A stretch of DNA of 64,000 nucleotides from positions 4,992,001-5,056,000 of the forward strand of contig CAVYRF010000002.1 of the NCBI GenBank assembly GCA_963770895.1. Direction: 5' to 3'. The translations under genes were made by a program, and so were the position numbers. This stretch comes from an uncultured Acidobacteriota bacterium. Its GTDB lineage: Bacteria; Acidobacteriota; Thermoanaerobaculia; Multivoradales; UBA5704. The notes beneath the pieces are model-generated. The model saw only the letters and a program-made list of their open reading frames with translations, was not told the origin of the DNA and made no database searches. Position 1 is the first letter of the stretch. Each line of letters opens with the position of its first letter. Below are positions 8,957-17,812 of the stretch, in pieces.

Positions 8957-9772
8957 CTATTCGATGGGGAACGGCACGGCCGCGGGGGGCGTCTGCGGCG
9001 GCTGCAGGTCGAGGGCTTCCAGCGCCTCGACCAGGATCGTGGCCACGACCAGGTTGCGGTACCACTTCTTGTTGGCCGGCACCACGTACCAGGGGGCGTG
9101 CCGCGTCGAAGTGCGGCGGATGGCCTCCTGGTAGGCCGCCATGTAGTCGTCCCACTGGCGGCGGTCGCGCAGATCGTCAGGGCTCAGCTTCCACCGCTTC
9201 GCCGGATCGTCGAGACGGGCGCGCAGGCGCTTTTTCTGTTCGTCGCGGTCGATGTGCAGGAAGAATTTGAGGACGGTCGTTCCGGATTCCACCAACAGAC
9301 GTTCGAAGTCGTTGATCTGGTCGAAGCGCGGCTTCCAGACCTCGCGCGGCACCAGGCCCTCGACGCGCGCCACCAGCACGTCTTCGTAGTGGCTGCGGTT
9401 GAAGATGACCATTTCGCCGGCGGCCGGCACCTTGGCGTGGATGCGCCACAGGAAATCGTGGTCGCGCTCCTCGGCGCTGGGCGCCTTCCAGGCTGCGGCG
9501 CGCGTGCCGAGCGGATTGACGCCGGCGAAGACGTGCGAGATGGTGCCGTCCTTGCCGCTGGTGTCCATGCCCTGCAGGATCACCAGGAGCCGCCGCTGGT
9601 GCTCCGCCCACAGCAGGTTCTGCAGGTCGTGCAGCCGCGCGCCCAGGGCGGCCAGACGTTTTTCGGTGCCGGCCTTGCCCTGCTTGGTGCCGCTGGCTCC
9701 AGTCGTCGCGCCGGCGTCGACCGCCGCAAGGCGGAACTTGCTGCCCGGTGCCACCCCATAGCGCTTCCTCAC
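8957..9772 (-). CDS. Polyphosphate kinase 2 family protein
   Basis: LQGMDTSGKDG Walker A, FNRSHYEDVL, KWYRN; GTG with GGAAGGAG RBS. Confidence 0.92.
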   Translation of the reverse strand: MRKRYGVAPGSKFRLAAVDAGATTGASGTKQGKAGTEKRLAALGARLHDLQNLLWAEHQRRLLVILQGMDTSGKDGTISHVFAGVNPLGTRAAAWKAPSAEERDHDFLWRIHAKVPAAGEMVIFNRSHYEDVLVARVEGLVPREVWKPRFDQINDFERLLVESGTTVLKFFLHIDRDEQKKRLRARLDDPAKRWKLSPDDLRDRRQWDDYMAAYQEAIRRTSTRHAPWYVVPANKKWYRNLVVATILVEALEALDLQPPQTPPAAVPFPIE

Positions 9773-9907
9773 CGCGGGCTCCTTCCCGTAAATCAAGCAG
9801 CCAAAGGGTATCACGCGTGCGGAAGGGCGCTTTCCCCAGCCGGGAAGAGCGCCGTAGCGGCGTTTGTTGTAATGAGCGGCGGTGGACCGCCCGAAAGGAG
9901 CCTCAGC

Positions 9908-10399
9908 ATGCAACAGGGTCACGACTCACTCCGCTTGGACGACCAGGGGATCGTGCTCGCCTGCCCGGCTTGCGGCAAGTCCAACCGGCTGCGCTTTGCC
10001 CGCCTCGACCAGCCGGCGCGCTGCGGTGCCTGCGGCGGCGCCCTGGGCCTGCCGCCGCGGCCCGTGGCTGTGGATGGCGGCGCACCCCTGGGGGCGCTGC
10101 TGGGGCACGCGACGGTGCCGGTGCTGGTGGACTTCTGGGCCCCATGGTGCGGCCCCTGCCGCAGCATGGCGCCCGAGCTCGAAAAGGTAGCGGCCCGCCA
10201 GGCCGGGCGCGTGCTGGTCGTCAAAAGCAATACCGAGATCGACCCCGCCGTGGGCAGCGCCCACCGCATCTCGGCGCTGCCGACCCTGGTGCTGTTCAAG
10301 AGCGGCCGCGAGGTCGCCCGCACCAGCGGCGCGCGACCCGCCGCGGCGATTGAAAGCTTCCTCGGCGACGCCCTGGCGCGGCCTGGCTTTGCCGCCTGA
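9908..10399 (+). CDS. trxC: Thioredoxin 2 (zinc finger plus WCGPC)
   Basis: CPAC...CGAC zinc site, DFWAPWCGPC; AAGGAG RBS. Confidence 0.9.
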   Translation: MQQGHDSLRLDDQGIVLACPACGKSNRLRFARLDQPARCGACGGALGLPPRPVAVDGGAPLGALLGHATVPVLVDFWAPWCGPCRSMAPELEKVAARQAGRVLVVKSNTEIDPAVGSAHRISALPTLVLFKSGREVARTSGARPAAAIESFLGDALARPGFAA

Positions 10400-10619
10400 T
10401 CCGGCGGGCGGTGGCGCGGGGCGCCACCAGGTAGTGAGCTTTTTCACCTATGGAGCATCATCTGGCACATCCTGGTGCACCAAATCGCCCGCTTCGCTGC
10501 TATGCTATGAACCGCTTCGCTCGCCACCTTGACCGCATGAATGCGCGTCCGGGCGCGCCGCGACCCGAGCGGCGACCCGTTGGGCGAAGCGCGCGCCAAA
10601 CCAATCACGGAGAACGAGT

Positions 10620-13256
10620 GTGACCGAAGCGACACCCCGCCGCGTCAATTGGCTCAATGTCATCTTTCTGATGGGCACTCTGCTTGGGGCTGTCGTATCC
10701 GTCCCCTGGTATCTCATCACCCACGGGTTCGGCTGGCCGGAGTGGCTGACGTTCTTCGGACTGTGGCTGGCGGTCGGCATCTCGGTCACCGGCGGTTACC
10801 ATCGCCTGTTCGCCCATCGCACCTACCGCGCGGCCTGGCCGGTGCGGCTGTTCTATCTCATCTTCGGTGCCGCGGCGCTGGAAAATTCGGCCGTCAACTG
10901 GACGGGCGATCACCGCATCCACCACTCCAACGTCGATCACGACCGCGACCCCTACAACATCCAGAAGGGTTTCTGGTGGGCGCACATGGGGTGGATCTTC
11001 TTCGACAACGAACCGGTGCCGCCGACGGTGGTGCGCGACCTGCTGGAAGACCCGCTGGTGCGCTGGCAGGCCAAATGGTACGGGGTGATCGGGCTGGGGG
11101 TCACCATCCTCATCCCGCTGCTCGTCGGTTTGGCGACGCATCGCGTGCTCGGGTGCCTGCTCGTCGGCAGCCTGCTGCGGGTGGTGGTCAGCCATCACGG
11201 CACCTTCTTCATCAACAGCGCCTGCCACATGGTGGGGCGCCAGCCCTACAGCCGCGAGCACAGCGCTCGCGACAGCGGGGTGATGGCGGTGCTGGCCTTT
11301 GGCGAGGGCTATCACAACTACCACCACAGCTTCCCGTTCGACTATCGCAACGGCATCAAGCGCTGGCACTTCGACCCCGCCAAGTGGGCGATCTACTGCC
11401 TGTCGAAGATCGGCCTGGCCCGCGACCTGCGGCGGGCGACCGACGCGACCGTGCTCAAGGCACGCATCGACGTGCAGTTCGAGCGCGCCAAGGAGAAGCT
11501 CGACAAGGTGGTGGCCGAGGCGCGCGACGACTCGCATCAGCGCCTGCATGAGATCTACGGCCGCCTGCAGGCGGCGTTGCACGAGATCGTGGCGTTGCAG
11601 CGCAACCGCCGCCCGACCGCCCCGGTGGCCCTGCCCGTCGCGCAGGCCGCGGAAACCCCCGAAAGCCGCATCGGCGCCCTGCACCGCTCGGTGGAGCAGG
11701 AGCTGCGCGAATGGAAGCAGGCGCTGCGGCAGATGCGCCGCCTGCCCACGATGTCCACCGCCTCGCTGGTGACGTTCCTGCTGGTGCCGCTCGCCCTGCT
11801 GGCGCTCGGCGCGGCGGGCTCGGGCGGTGCCGCCTGGGCGCAGGGTACCCGCGTGGGACCGGCGCCGACCGGCCCGGCGCCCCAGGGCGCCATGCCCTCG
11901 CCGACCGCGCAGCAGCTGCCCGACGACGTCGAAGACACCGCTGCGGCGCTGCGTGACGCGTCGCTCAAAGGGACCAAGGCCTACACCATCGTCCAGTCGC
12001 TCACCACCGAGGTGGGCCCGCGGCCGGCGGGTTCCGCAGGCCTCGCCACGGCGGTCGCCTGGGGGGTCCGCACCCTCAAGGATTTCGGCTTCAGCAACGT
12101 GCATACCGAAAAGGTGATGGTGCCGCACTGGGTGCGCGGGCAGGAATCGGGTGAGATCGTCGCGCCGTACCCGCAGCGGGTCGCGCTGGCCGCCCTGGGC
12201 GGCAGCGTCGGCACGGTCGCCGCCGGCATCCAGGCGCCGGTGGTCATGGCGGCCAGCCTTGACGATCTCGACAAGCTGCCGCCTGCCCAGGTCAAGGGCA
12301 GCATCGTGTTCCTCAACGTCACGACCGACCGGACCCGCGACGGCTCGGGCTACGGCAAGGCGGTGCCGGCCCGCGCCCTGGGCGCCGTGCACGCCGCCAA
12401 GCTGGGCGCCGTGGCCGTGCTGGTGCGCTCGATCGGCACCGACCAGAACCGCCTGCCGCACACCGGCGCCATGCACTACCAGGACGGCGTCGCCAAGATC
12501 CCGGCCGCCGCCCTGTCGATCCCCGATGCCGACCTGCTGGTCGCCGAGCTGGCCAGCGGCAAGCCGGTTCGCTTCCTGCTCAAGTTGGGTGCCAAGACGC
12601 TGCCGCAGGTCCAGGCGGCCAACGTGATCGGCGACATCCCGGGCACCGACAAGGCCAATGAAATCGTCCTGCTGGGCGCCCATCTCGATTCGTGGGACCT
12701 GGGCACCGGCGCCATCGACGACGGCGCGGGTTGCGCCATCGTGATCGAGGCGGCGCGCCGCATCGGCGAGCTGAAAACGCACCCGCATCGCACCATCCGC
12801 GTCGTGCTCTTCGCCAACGAGGAGTTCGGCCTGTCGGGTGCCGAGGCCTACGCCAAGGACCATGCCGCGGAACTGCCGCGGCACGTCGTGGCGCTCGAAT
12901 CCGACCTGGGTTCCGGGCGGGTGTGGCGCATCGAATCGCGGGTGACGCTGGAGTCGATGGGGTGGGTGCACGACATGGCGCGCCTGGTCTTCCCGATCGG
13001 CGCCGTGTCCGGCACCAACGAGGGCGATGGCGGCGCGGATCTGGAGCCGATGCAGCGCTCGGGCGTGCCCATCCTGTCGTTGATGCAGGACGCCACGCAG
13101 TATTTCGACTACCACCACACCGCCAACGACACGCTCGACAAGATCAACCCCAAGGACCTGGACTACAACGTCGCAGCCTGGACGGCGGTCGCCTACGCCA
13201 GCGCCGACATGCCGGGCGACTACGGCCGCGTGGTGTTCCCGACTCCTCGGTCGTAG
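10620..13256 (+). CDS. Single ORF: membrane fatty-acid (delta-9-type) desaturase fused to an M28-family metallopeptidase
   Basis: His boxes HRLFAH, HRIHH, HNYHH (first ~370 aa); then signal-like MRRLPTM...AWA; M28 motifs GAHLDSWD, DDGAG, FANEEFG, YHHTANDT. Confidence 0.8.
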   Translation: MTEATPRRVNWLNVIFLMGTLLGAVVSVPWYLITHGFGWPEWLTFFGLWLAVGISVTGGYHRLFAHRTYRAAWPVRLFYLIFGAAALENSAVNWTGDHRIHHSNVDHDRDPYNIQKGFWWAHMGWIFFDNEPVPPTVVRDLLEDPLVRWQAKWYGVIGLGVTILIPLLVGLATHRVLGCLLVGSLLRVVVSHHGTFFINSACHMVGRQPYSREHSARDSGVMAVLAFGEGYHNYHHSFPFDYRNGIKRWHFDPAKWAIYCLSKIGLARDLRRATDATVLKARIDVQFERAKEKLDKVVAEARDDSHQRLHEIYGRLQAALHEIVALQRNRRPTAPVALPVAQAAETPESRIGALHRSVEQELREWKQALRQMRRLPTMSTASLVTFLLVPLALLALGAAGSGGAAWAQGTRVGPAPTGPAPQGAMPSPTAQQLPDDVEDTAAALRDASLKGTKAYTIVQSLTTEVGPRPAGSAGLATAVAWGVRTLKDFGFSNVHTEKVMVPHWVRGQESGEIVAPYPQRVALAALGGSVGTVAAGIQAPVVMAASLDDLDKLPPAQVKGSIVFLNVTTDRTRDGSGYGKAVPARALGAVHAAKLGAVAVLVRSIGTDQNRLPHTGAMHYQDGVAKIPAAALSIPDADLLVAELASGKPVRFLLKLGAKTLPQVQAANVIGDIPGTDKANEIVLLGAHLDSWDLGTGAIDDGAGCAIVIEAARRIGELKTHPHRTIRVVLFANEEFGLSGAEAYAKDHAAELPRHVVALESDLGSGRVWRIESRVTLESMGWVHDMARLVFPIGAVSGTNEGDGGADLEPMQRSGVPILSLMQDATQYFDYHHTANDTLDKINPKDLDYNVAAWTAVAYASADMPGDYGRVVFPTPRS

Positions 13257-13432
13257 CGCTCCGCGCCTCAGCGCACACATAGTAGGGAGAGAACCCGGTA
13301 CCGGCATCGGTGCCCACCCAGGCTGTCCTGGGCGGGCTCGAACCGGGGCCGGGTGTCGCGGGACTCCACTCCCCTGGGCGCCGCCGCGGCGCCGGGAGCC
13401 TTGACTACGATCTTTCGCATGAGGATTTTGCA

Positions 13433-13804
13433 ATGAGCGAGCTACCGCAGAAGCTGACCAAGGACCAACACATCATCGTGAGCCTGCGCCCCGAGCCGAC
13501 CGTTTCGGCGCTCAAGGCGGCCATCGATCGCGGCTACGTGCACATCAAGTTCACCGAAACGCGCGGTGGCACCGAGCTGGGCATCCCGGTCGACACCTCG
13601 CGCAGCGACTTCTCGCACGCCGACTTCACCCAGGGCACCGGCGAGTTCACTTTGGCCGGTGAGCTGACCTTGGACTACGTGCGGGTGCGTTTCGAAGGCA
13701 AGGTGGACCTGGCGTCGATGCAGGGCACCGGGCACCTCGTGATCCTGCAGGACCCGGCGCAGGAGGCGACGGCCCCCGAGGCGCCGCCTGCCTCGGCGTC
13801 GTAG
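13433..13804 (+). CDS. Hypothetical beta-rich protein resembling the domain appended to some MbtH-like proteins
   Basis: GYVHIKFTETRGGTELG...GELTLDYVRV...DLASMQGTGHL; GAGG RBS. Confidence 0.7.
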   Translation: MSELPQKLTKDQHIIVSLRPEPTVSALKAAIDRGYVHIKFTETRGGTELGIPVDTSRSDFSHADFTQGTGEFTLAGELTLDYVRVRFEGKVDLASMQGTGHLVILQDPAQEATAPEAPPASAS

Positions 13805-13871
13805 CGGCCCCATCCCGAGCCAGCCTCGCGCGCGCCTCGCGTGCGCCCCCCCGCCGTTCTGCGGCCCGGCC

Positions 13872-14654
13872 TCAGGCGGTGGCGGGGGGCGCCGCGGCGG
13901 CGCTGCGCAGCAGCATCTCTTCGGCCAGCAGCTGGTAGGCGGCCGCGCCGGTCGCGGCCGGATCGAACTGGAAGATGGTCTGGCCGGCGCGCGGTGCCTC
14001 GGCCAGGCGCGTGTTGATGCGGATCTCGATCGCAAAGACCAGGCTGCCCAGCTCGGCGCGGATCTCGTCCACGGTCTGGCGGGTGGCGCGCGTGCGGTAA
14101 TCCACCATGGTCAGCAGCACGCCCAGCGGGCGCACCCGCACGCCCGCGTCCCAGGCGATCCGCTGCGCCGCGGCAATCGCGTTGTGCACCCCCGACGCCG
14201 CCAGGAACTGCGGCACGACCGGCACCAGGAACGCGTCCGCGGCAACCACCGCGTTGATCGGCAGCAGCGACAGCGACGAAGGGCAATCCAAAAAAATGAA
14301 GTCGTAGGCGCCGGCCAGCGGTGCCAGGAGCGAGCGCAACCGCAGCTCCCTCTGGCGCAGGCGCGCCAGCTCCGCATCGGCGTGAATCAGGTCGATCGAG
14401 GCGGTGATCAGCGACAGCCCGGCGATGGCCGTGGCCCGCACCGCATCGGCGGCAGGGGTGCCCGCCAGGATCACGTCGGCGGACGAAGGCGCCAGCGCCG
14501 CGCGGTCCACGCCCAGCGACAGCGACGCCGACGCCTGGCTGTCCAGGTCCACCAGCAGCACCCGCTTGCCGCGCTGGGCGAGCGCCGCCGACAGGTTGAC
14601 CGCCGTGGTCGTTTTGCCAACCCCGCCCTTGCGGCTGATGATCGAGACGATCAC
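13872..14654 (-). CDS. ParA/Soj family ATPase
   Basis: KGGVGKTTTAVNL, LVDLDSQ, LDCPSSL, RINTRLAEAP. Confidence 0.92.
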   Translation of the reverse strand: MIVSIISRKGGVGKTTTAVNLSAALAQRGKRVLLVDLDSQASASLSLGVDRAALAPSSADVILAGTPAADAVRATAIAGLSLITASIDLIHADAELARLRQRELRLRSLLAPLAGAYDFIFLDCPSSLSLLPINAVVAADAFLVPVVPQFLAASGVHNAIAAAQRIAWDAGVRVRPLGVLLTMVDYRTRATRQTVDEIRAELGSLVFAIEIRINTRLAEAPRAGQTIFQFDPAATGAAAYQLLAEEMLLRSAAAAPPATA

Positions 14655-14895
14655 GCGGCGGGAATCTACCTCACAGCACCCGTCCGCGAGTAGCCTCGCC
14701 CGAAAATCGTCCCCCCGGCGCCCGTCGCGGCGACAGGCAGGAGCCGCTTGTCAGGGTTTCTCCTACGTGGGCGCTGCGGCGGGGACCACGTTCTTATTGG
14801 CGGGGCGCCGATGGCCCCTGCGGGCAAAACGCCGCAGACTCGGGACTCAGGGCCAGGGTGCACCGGCATCTGGGCGGCCCCAGGGGGGACAGAGG

Positions 14896-15093
14896 GTGGA
14901 ACCGCGACGGAGCAGCCGCAGGGCAACTGGCGACCTGGTGTTCGATCCCGCGCTCTATCAGCTGGTCATCGCCACGGGCGCGCTGCTGGATCGCCTGCTG
15001 TGCGGCCACGCTTCGCCCATCGATGCCGAGGCGGCGGCGCCCGCCGCGGCCAGCGCCGCTCAGAACCGTCCGCCGCCGCCGAGACGAACCTGA
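14896..15093 (+). CDS. Possible small hypothetical protein (65 aa)
   Basis: GGGGGGACAGAGG then GTG; VEPRRSSRRATGDLVFDPALYQLVIATGALLDRLL. Confidence 0.35.
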   Translation: MEPRRSSRRATGDLVFDPALYQLVIATGALLDRLLCGHASPIDAEAAAPAAASAAQNRPPPPRRT

Positions 15094-15137
15094 CGCGACC
15101 GGCGGGGCCTTGGACGCCCGCTTGGCCCGCGCGGGGT

Positions 15138-15805
15138 TCATCCCTTGCCCGGGCTCGGGCCGAGATCCGAGAGCCGCGCGGCCTGGGTGAGCAGGTAGTC
15201 GCGTTCCGGAAGGCTGCCGGTTTTGGCTGCCGCCGCCCGGTAGTGGTCGACCGCGGCCTGGTGGTCTCCAGCCAGTTCCAGCAGGTGCGCGCGGACGGCG
15301 TCCTGTCCGCGGCACTCGGCAGTTGGAACGGAATGCTGGAATCCTTGATGGCAAGCTTTGCCCGACTGATCCGCTGCGCCATGGTGGCTTCGGGCACCAG
15401 AAACGCGTGGGCGATCTCCGCGGTGGTCAAGCCGCCCACCGCCCGCAGCGTGAGCGCGATCGCCGACGCCGGAGTCAAGGCAGGGTGGCAGCACATGAAG
15501 AGCAGTACCAAGGTGTCGTCTGCCTGCGGCTCCTCGGCCGCCGCCGCTTCCGCAGGCTGGACCGCCAGCTGGGCCACTTCGTTTTCGCGCCGGCGGCGAG
15601 CGGATTCGCTGCGAATGTGGTCCGTCATCCGCCGGAAGGCGACCTGGGTCAGCCAGGCGCGAGGATTGGCGGGCAGGCCTTCGCGCGGCCAGCGTGTCGC
15701 CGCCGCCAGCGAAGCTTCCTGCACCGCGTCCTCATCCGGACCCCTGGCAAGGTGCGCCGAACACTCAGCTGCGCTGCGGATTGCTTGCGGCAGTTGGCGT
15801 GTCAC
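15138..15805 (-). pseudogene. ECF sigma factor (ECF42-like) with altered N-terminus, internal deletion and frameshift
   Basis: EDAVQEA...NPRAWL...LLFMCCHPAL...LTTAEIAHAFLVPEATMAQRISRAK, then near 15300 switches frame into the terminal DAVRAHLLE...PERDYL segment. Confidence 0.8.
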
Positions 15806-16196
15806 TGCCACTCCTGGGGCGCGCTGCTCATCACCTGCCGCACCTCGCTGGGCTGCGCCCCCGGGATCCCGCCGGGGCCGGGCGCCGCCGAGGCCCGCGC
15901 GGCGATGCGATAGGCCTCCTCCGGGCTTTCCACGTCGACGATCCAATACCCCATGAGAAATTCCTTGGCCTCCGGGAAGACGCCATCGGTCACGGCGCTC
16001 CGTCGCGTCCCGCCCGCACGATCCTGGCCTGGTCCGGAAACGCCAGCCCTTCGGAGGCGACAAACGCGCCGGAGTCTTTCAGCTCCTTGCTGAAGTCGCG
16101 CATGAAAGCGACGCTCGCCTGCAGGTCTTGCTTCGTCCACCGGGCGTACGCGTCGCAATCGGCCTTGGTGCCGGTCATCATCAGGATGTACTTCAT
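15802..16196 (-). pseudogene. YciI/DGPF family protein, frameshifted near 15990
   Basis: MKYILMM...SEGLAFPDQARIVR in one frame; VTDGVFPEAKEFLMGYWIVDVES in another; may be a sequencing indel. Confidence 0.8.
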
Positions 16197-16246
16197 GTCC
16201 CTTGCTCCTTGCGAAAGTGGCACCGGTCAGGTGCGATGCCATGCGG

Positions 16247-16275
16247 TAGTCGGAACACGGAGAGGTTTCTCTACA
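16247..16275 (-). promoter_or_regulatory. ECF42-like promoter TGTAGA-N17-CGACTA upstream of yciI
   Basis: Minus strand TGTAGAGAAACCTCTCCGTGTTCCGACTA; near-identical copy at 17177-17205. Confidence 0.7.
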
Positions 16276-16978
16276 GGTCGCGCACGGTGTCCGGGGCCGC
16301 CGGCCCGACATCCGGCAGCGACGGGCGCCGCCGCAGCGCGAGCGCCTGCCAGGCGACGGTTGCCGTCCACAGGCAATAGGCTGCGATCAACAGCCGATTT
16401 GTCCAACCCAGCGGCGGGATCGCCGCGGCGGCCGCGGCCCTGCCGTCCCGTCCATGGCCGCCGGTCATGACGATCAGGGAAAGGATCATCAGGACCAGGC
16501 TGATCCAGGTGAGATGGGCGGTCCAGAGCAGCCGCCTTGCCGCCGCCGACCAACCCGGCATGCGGGCCAGGCTGCTGCTGAGCAGCAGCGCCGCGATCGG
16601 CAAGGTGGGAACGCCCAGCATGCCGGCAATGGCGTGAAGAGGGTGCTTGATATCAAAGACCGCCGCCATGGCCTCGCCGATGCCCGAGGCCATCAGCAGG
16701 CCCAGACCGATCTTGCCGGCGGTGCCGGTCAATTGCCGCGCCACGGCGACTGCCAGGGTCCACGAGCTGAGCGCCCAGGCCGCGAACATCAGCGACAGCA
16801 CCCAGCCGTAACGGCCGTTTGCATACTCGCTGACCACCCGCCACGAAGGATCGAATTCCGGGCTCAGCACGTGCAGCGCCGCCAGAAATAGCAGCGTGGC
16901 CGCCGCCGCCGCGATCGCCCAGCGTGCCGCCGGTGCGGAAATCGTCGCCGTGTCGCTGCTCGAAACCGGTGTCTTCAT
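16271..16978 (-). CDS. DUF998-like membrane protein
   Basis: LHVLSPEFDPSWRVVSEYANGRYGWVLSLMF; multiple TM helices; GGAG RBS. Confidence 0.8.
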   Translation of the reverse strand: MKTPVSSSDTATISAPAARWAIAAAAATLLFLAALHVLSPEFDPSWRVVSEYANGRYGWVLSLMFAAWALSSWTLAVAVARQLTGTAGKIGLGLLMASGIGEAMAAVFDIKHPLHAIAGMLGVPTLPIAALLLSSSLARMPGWSAAARRLLWTAHLTWISLVLMILSLIVMTGGHGRDGRAAAAAAIPPLGWTNRLLIAAYCLWTATVAWQALALRRRPSLPDVGPAAPDTVRDL

Positions 16979-17176
16979 GGTGTGCCTCGCTCTCCAAGAT
17001 AGCCGCCGCCGGCGATCGACACGGCGCCGGCCGGCCCCGCACCGGCGGCGCTCCGCCCAACGGACGGGATCGGATCGTTCCCTTGGCGACCTACCTGGGC
17101 AGCGCTGAGCCTGTTGCCCGCAAACCGCGCGCGCATCGGACCGCGCCCCCTGCCGGGCCGCCGCGTTTTCATAGTC

Positions 17177-17205
17177 TAGTCGGAGCCGTCGAGGGGTTCT
17201 CTACA
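17177..17205 (-). promoter_or_regulatory. Second ECF42-like promoter TGTAGA-N17-CGACTA
   Basis: Minus strand TGTAGAGAACCCCTCGACGGCTCCGACTA. Confidence 0.7.
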
Positions 17206-17465
17206 TCGCCCGCGCCCATTCCTGACGCCCTGTCCGGGGTTTCCGGCTGCTCGCCCTGCGACTGATCCTTCGCTTCGGCAGGCGCCCCCGGCCAGGCGCC
17301 GCACCTCCACCAAGGACTTGAACCTGTAGGACGGTGCGATTCCCGTGTTGGGGGTGCGGGTGCGCGCCCGGTGCATCCATGGGGCGCGGGGTATGGTCAA
17401 CGGCGGTGCGCGGCCGTAGGCTGGGGACGTCGGTACCGAACTCCGTACCAGATTGGAGAAAGACG

Positions 17466-17612
17466 ATGAAGAAAGCGGCCAGGACCACGACGTCTCCCAA
17501 CAAGCTCCGGCTGGAGAGCGAGACCCTGCGCAACCTCACGACACAGGAGGATCTGATCCCGGTGTTCGGCGGCTGGGTGCCCCCCTGCACCCATTCGAAC
17601 ACCGCCTGCTGA
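17466..17612 (+). CDS. Putative RiPP precursor peptide 2, 48 aa: MKKAARTTTSPNKLRLESETLRNLTTQEDLIPVFGG-WVPPCTHSNTAC
   Basis: GGAGA RBS; KLRLESETLRNL leader, GG site, 12-aa Cys/Thr/Ser core. Confidence 0.8.
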   Translation: MKKAARTTTSPNKLRLESETLRNLTTQEDLIPVFGGWVPPCTHSNTAC

Positions 17613-17812
17613 ACGCCGGCGCCACGCGGCGGCGGCCCGCACGGCCACGTGGCGACCGGCTGACGGATCGTCGCCCTGAGACCTCTCGAGCATGCGGAAG
17701 GCAGCGCTGTCCAGGCAGGGGGGCCCGAGCCTCGAATCGCCGCAGCGGAGCGATGAGATGGCCCGGGCCTGGTCTGCGAAGGACCTTTTGGGCATCGCGG
17801 ACTATGCGGTGG

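Noticed and set aside
10605-13433. Long antisense ORFs (also 54753-57833, 22531-25107, 46131-48080 and others)
   Set aside because: Stop-poor shadow frames typical of very high GC DNA, opposite well-supported genes and lacking motifs.
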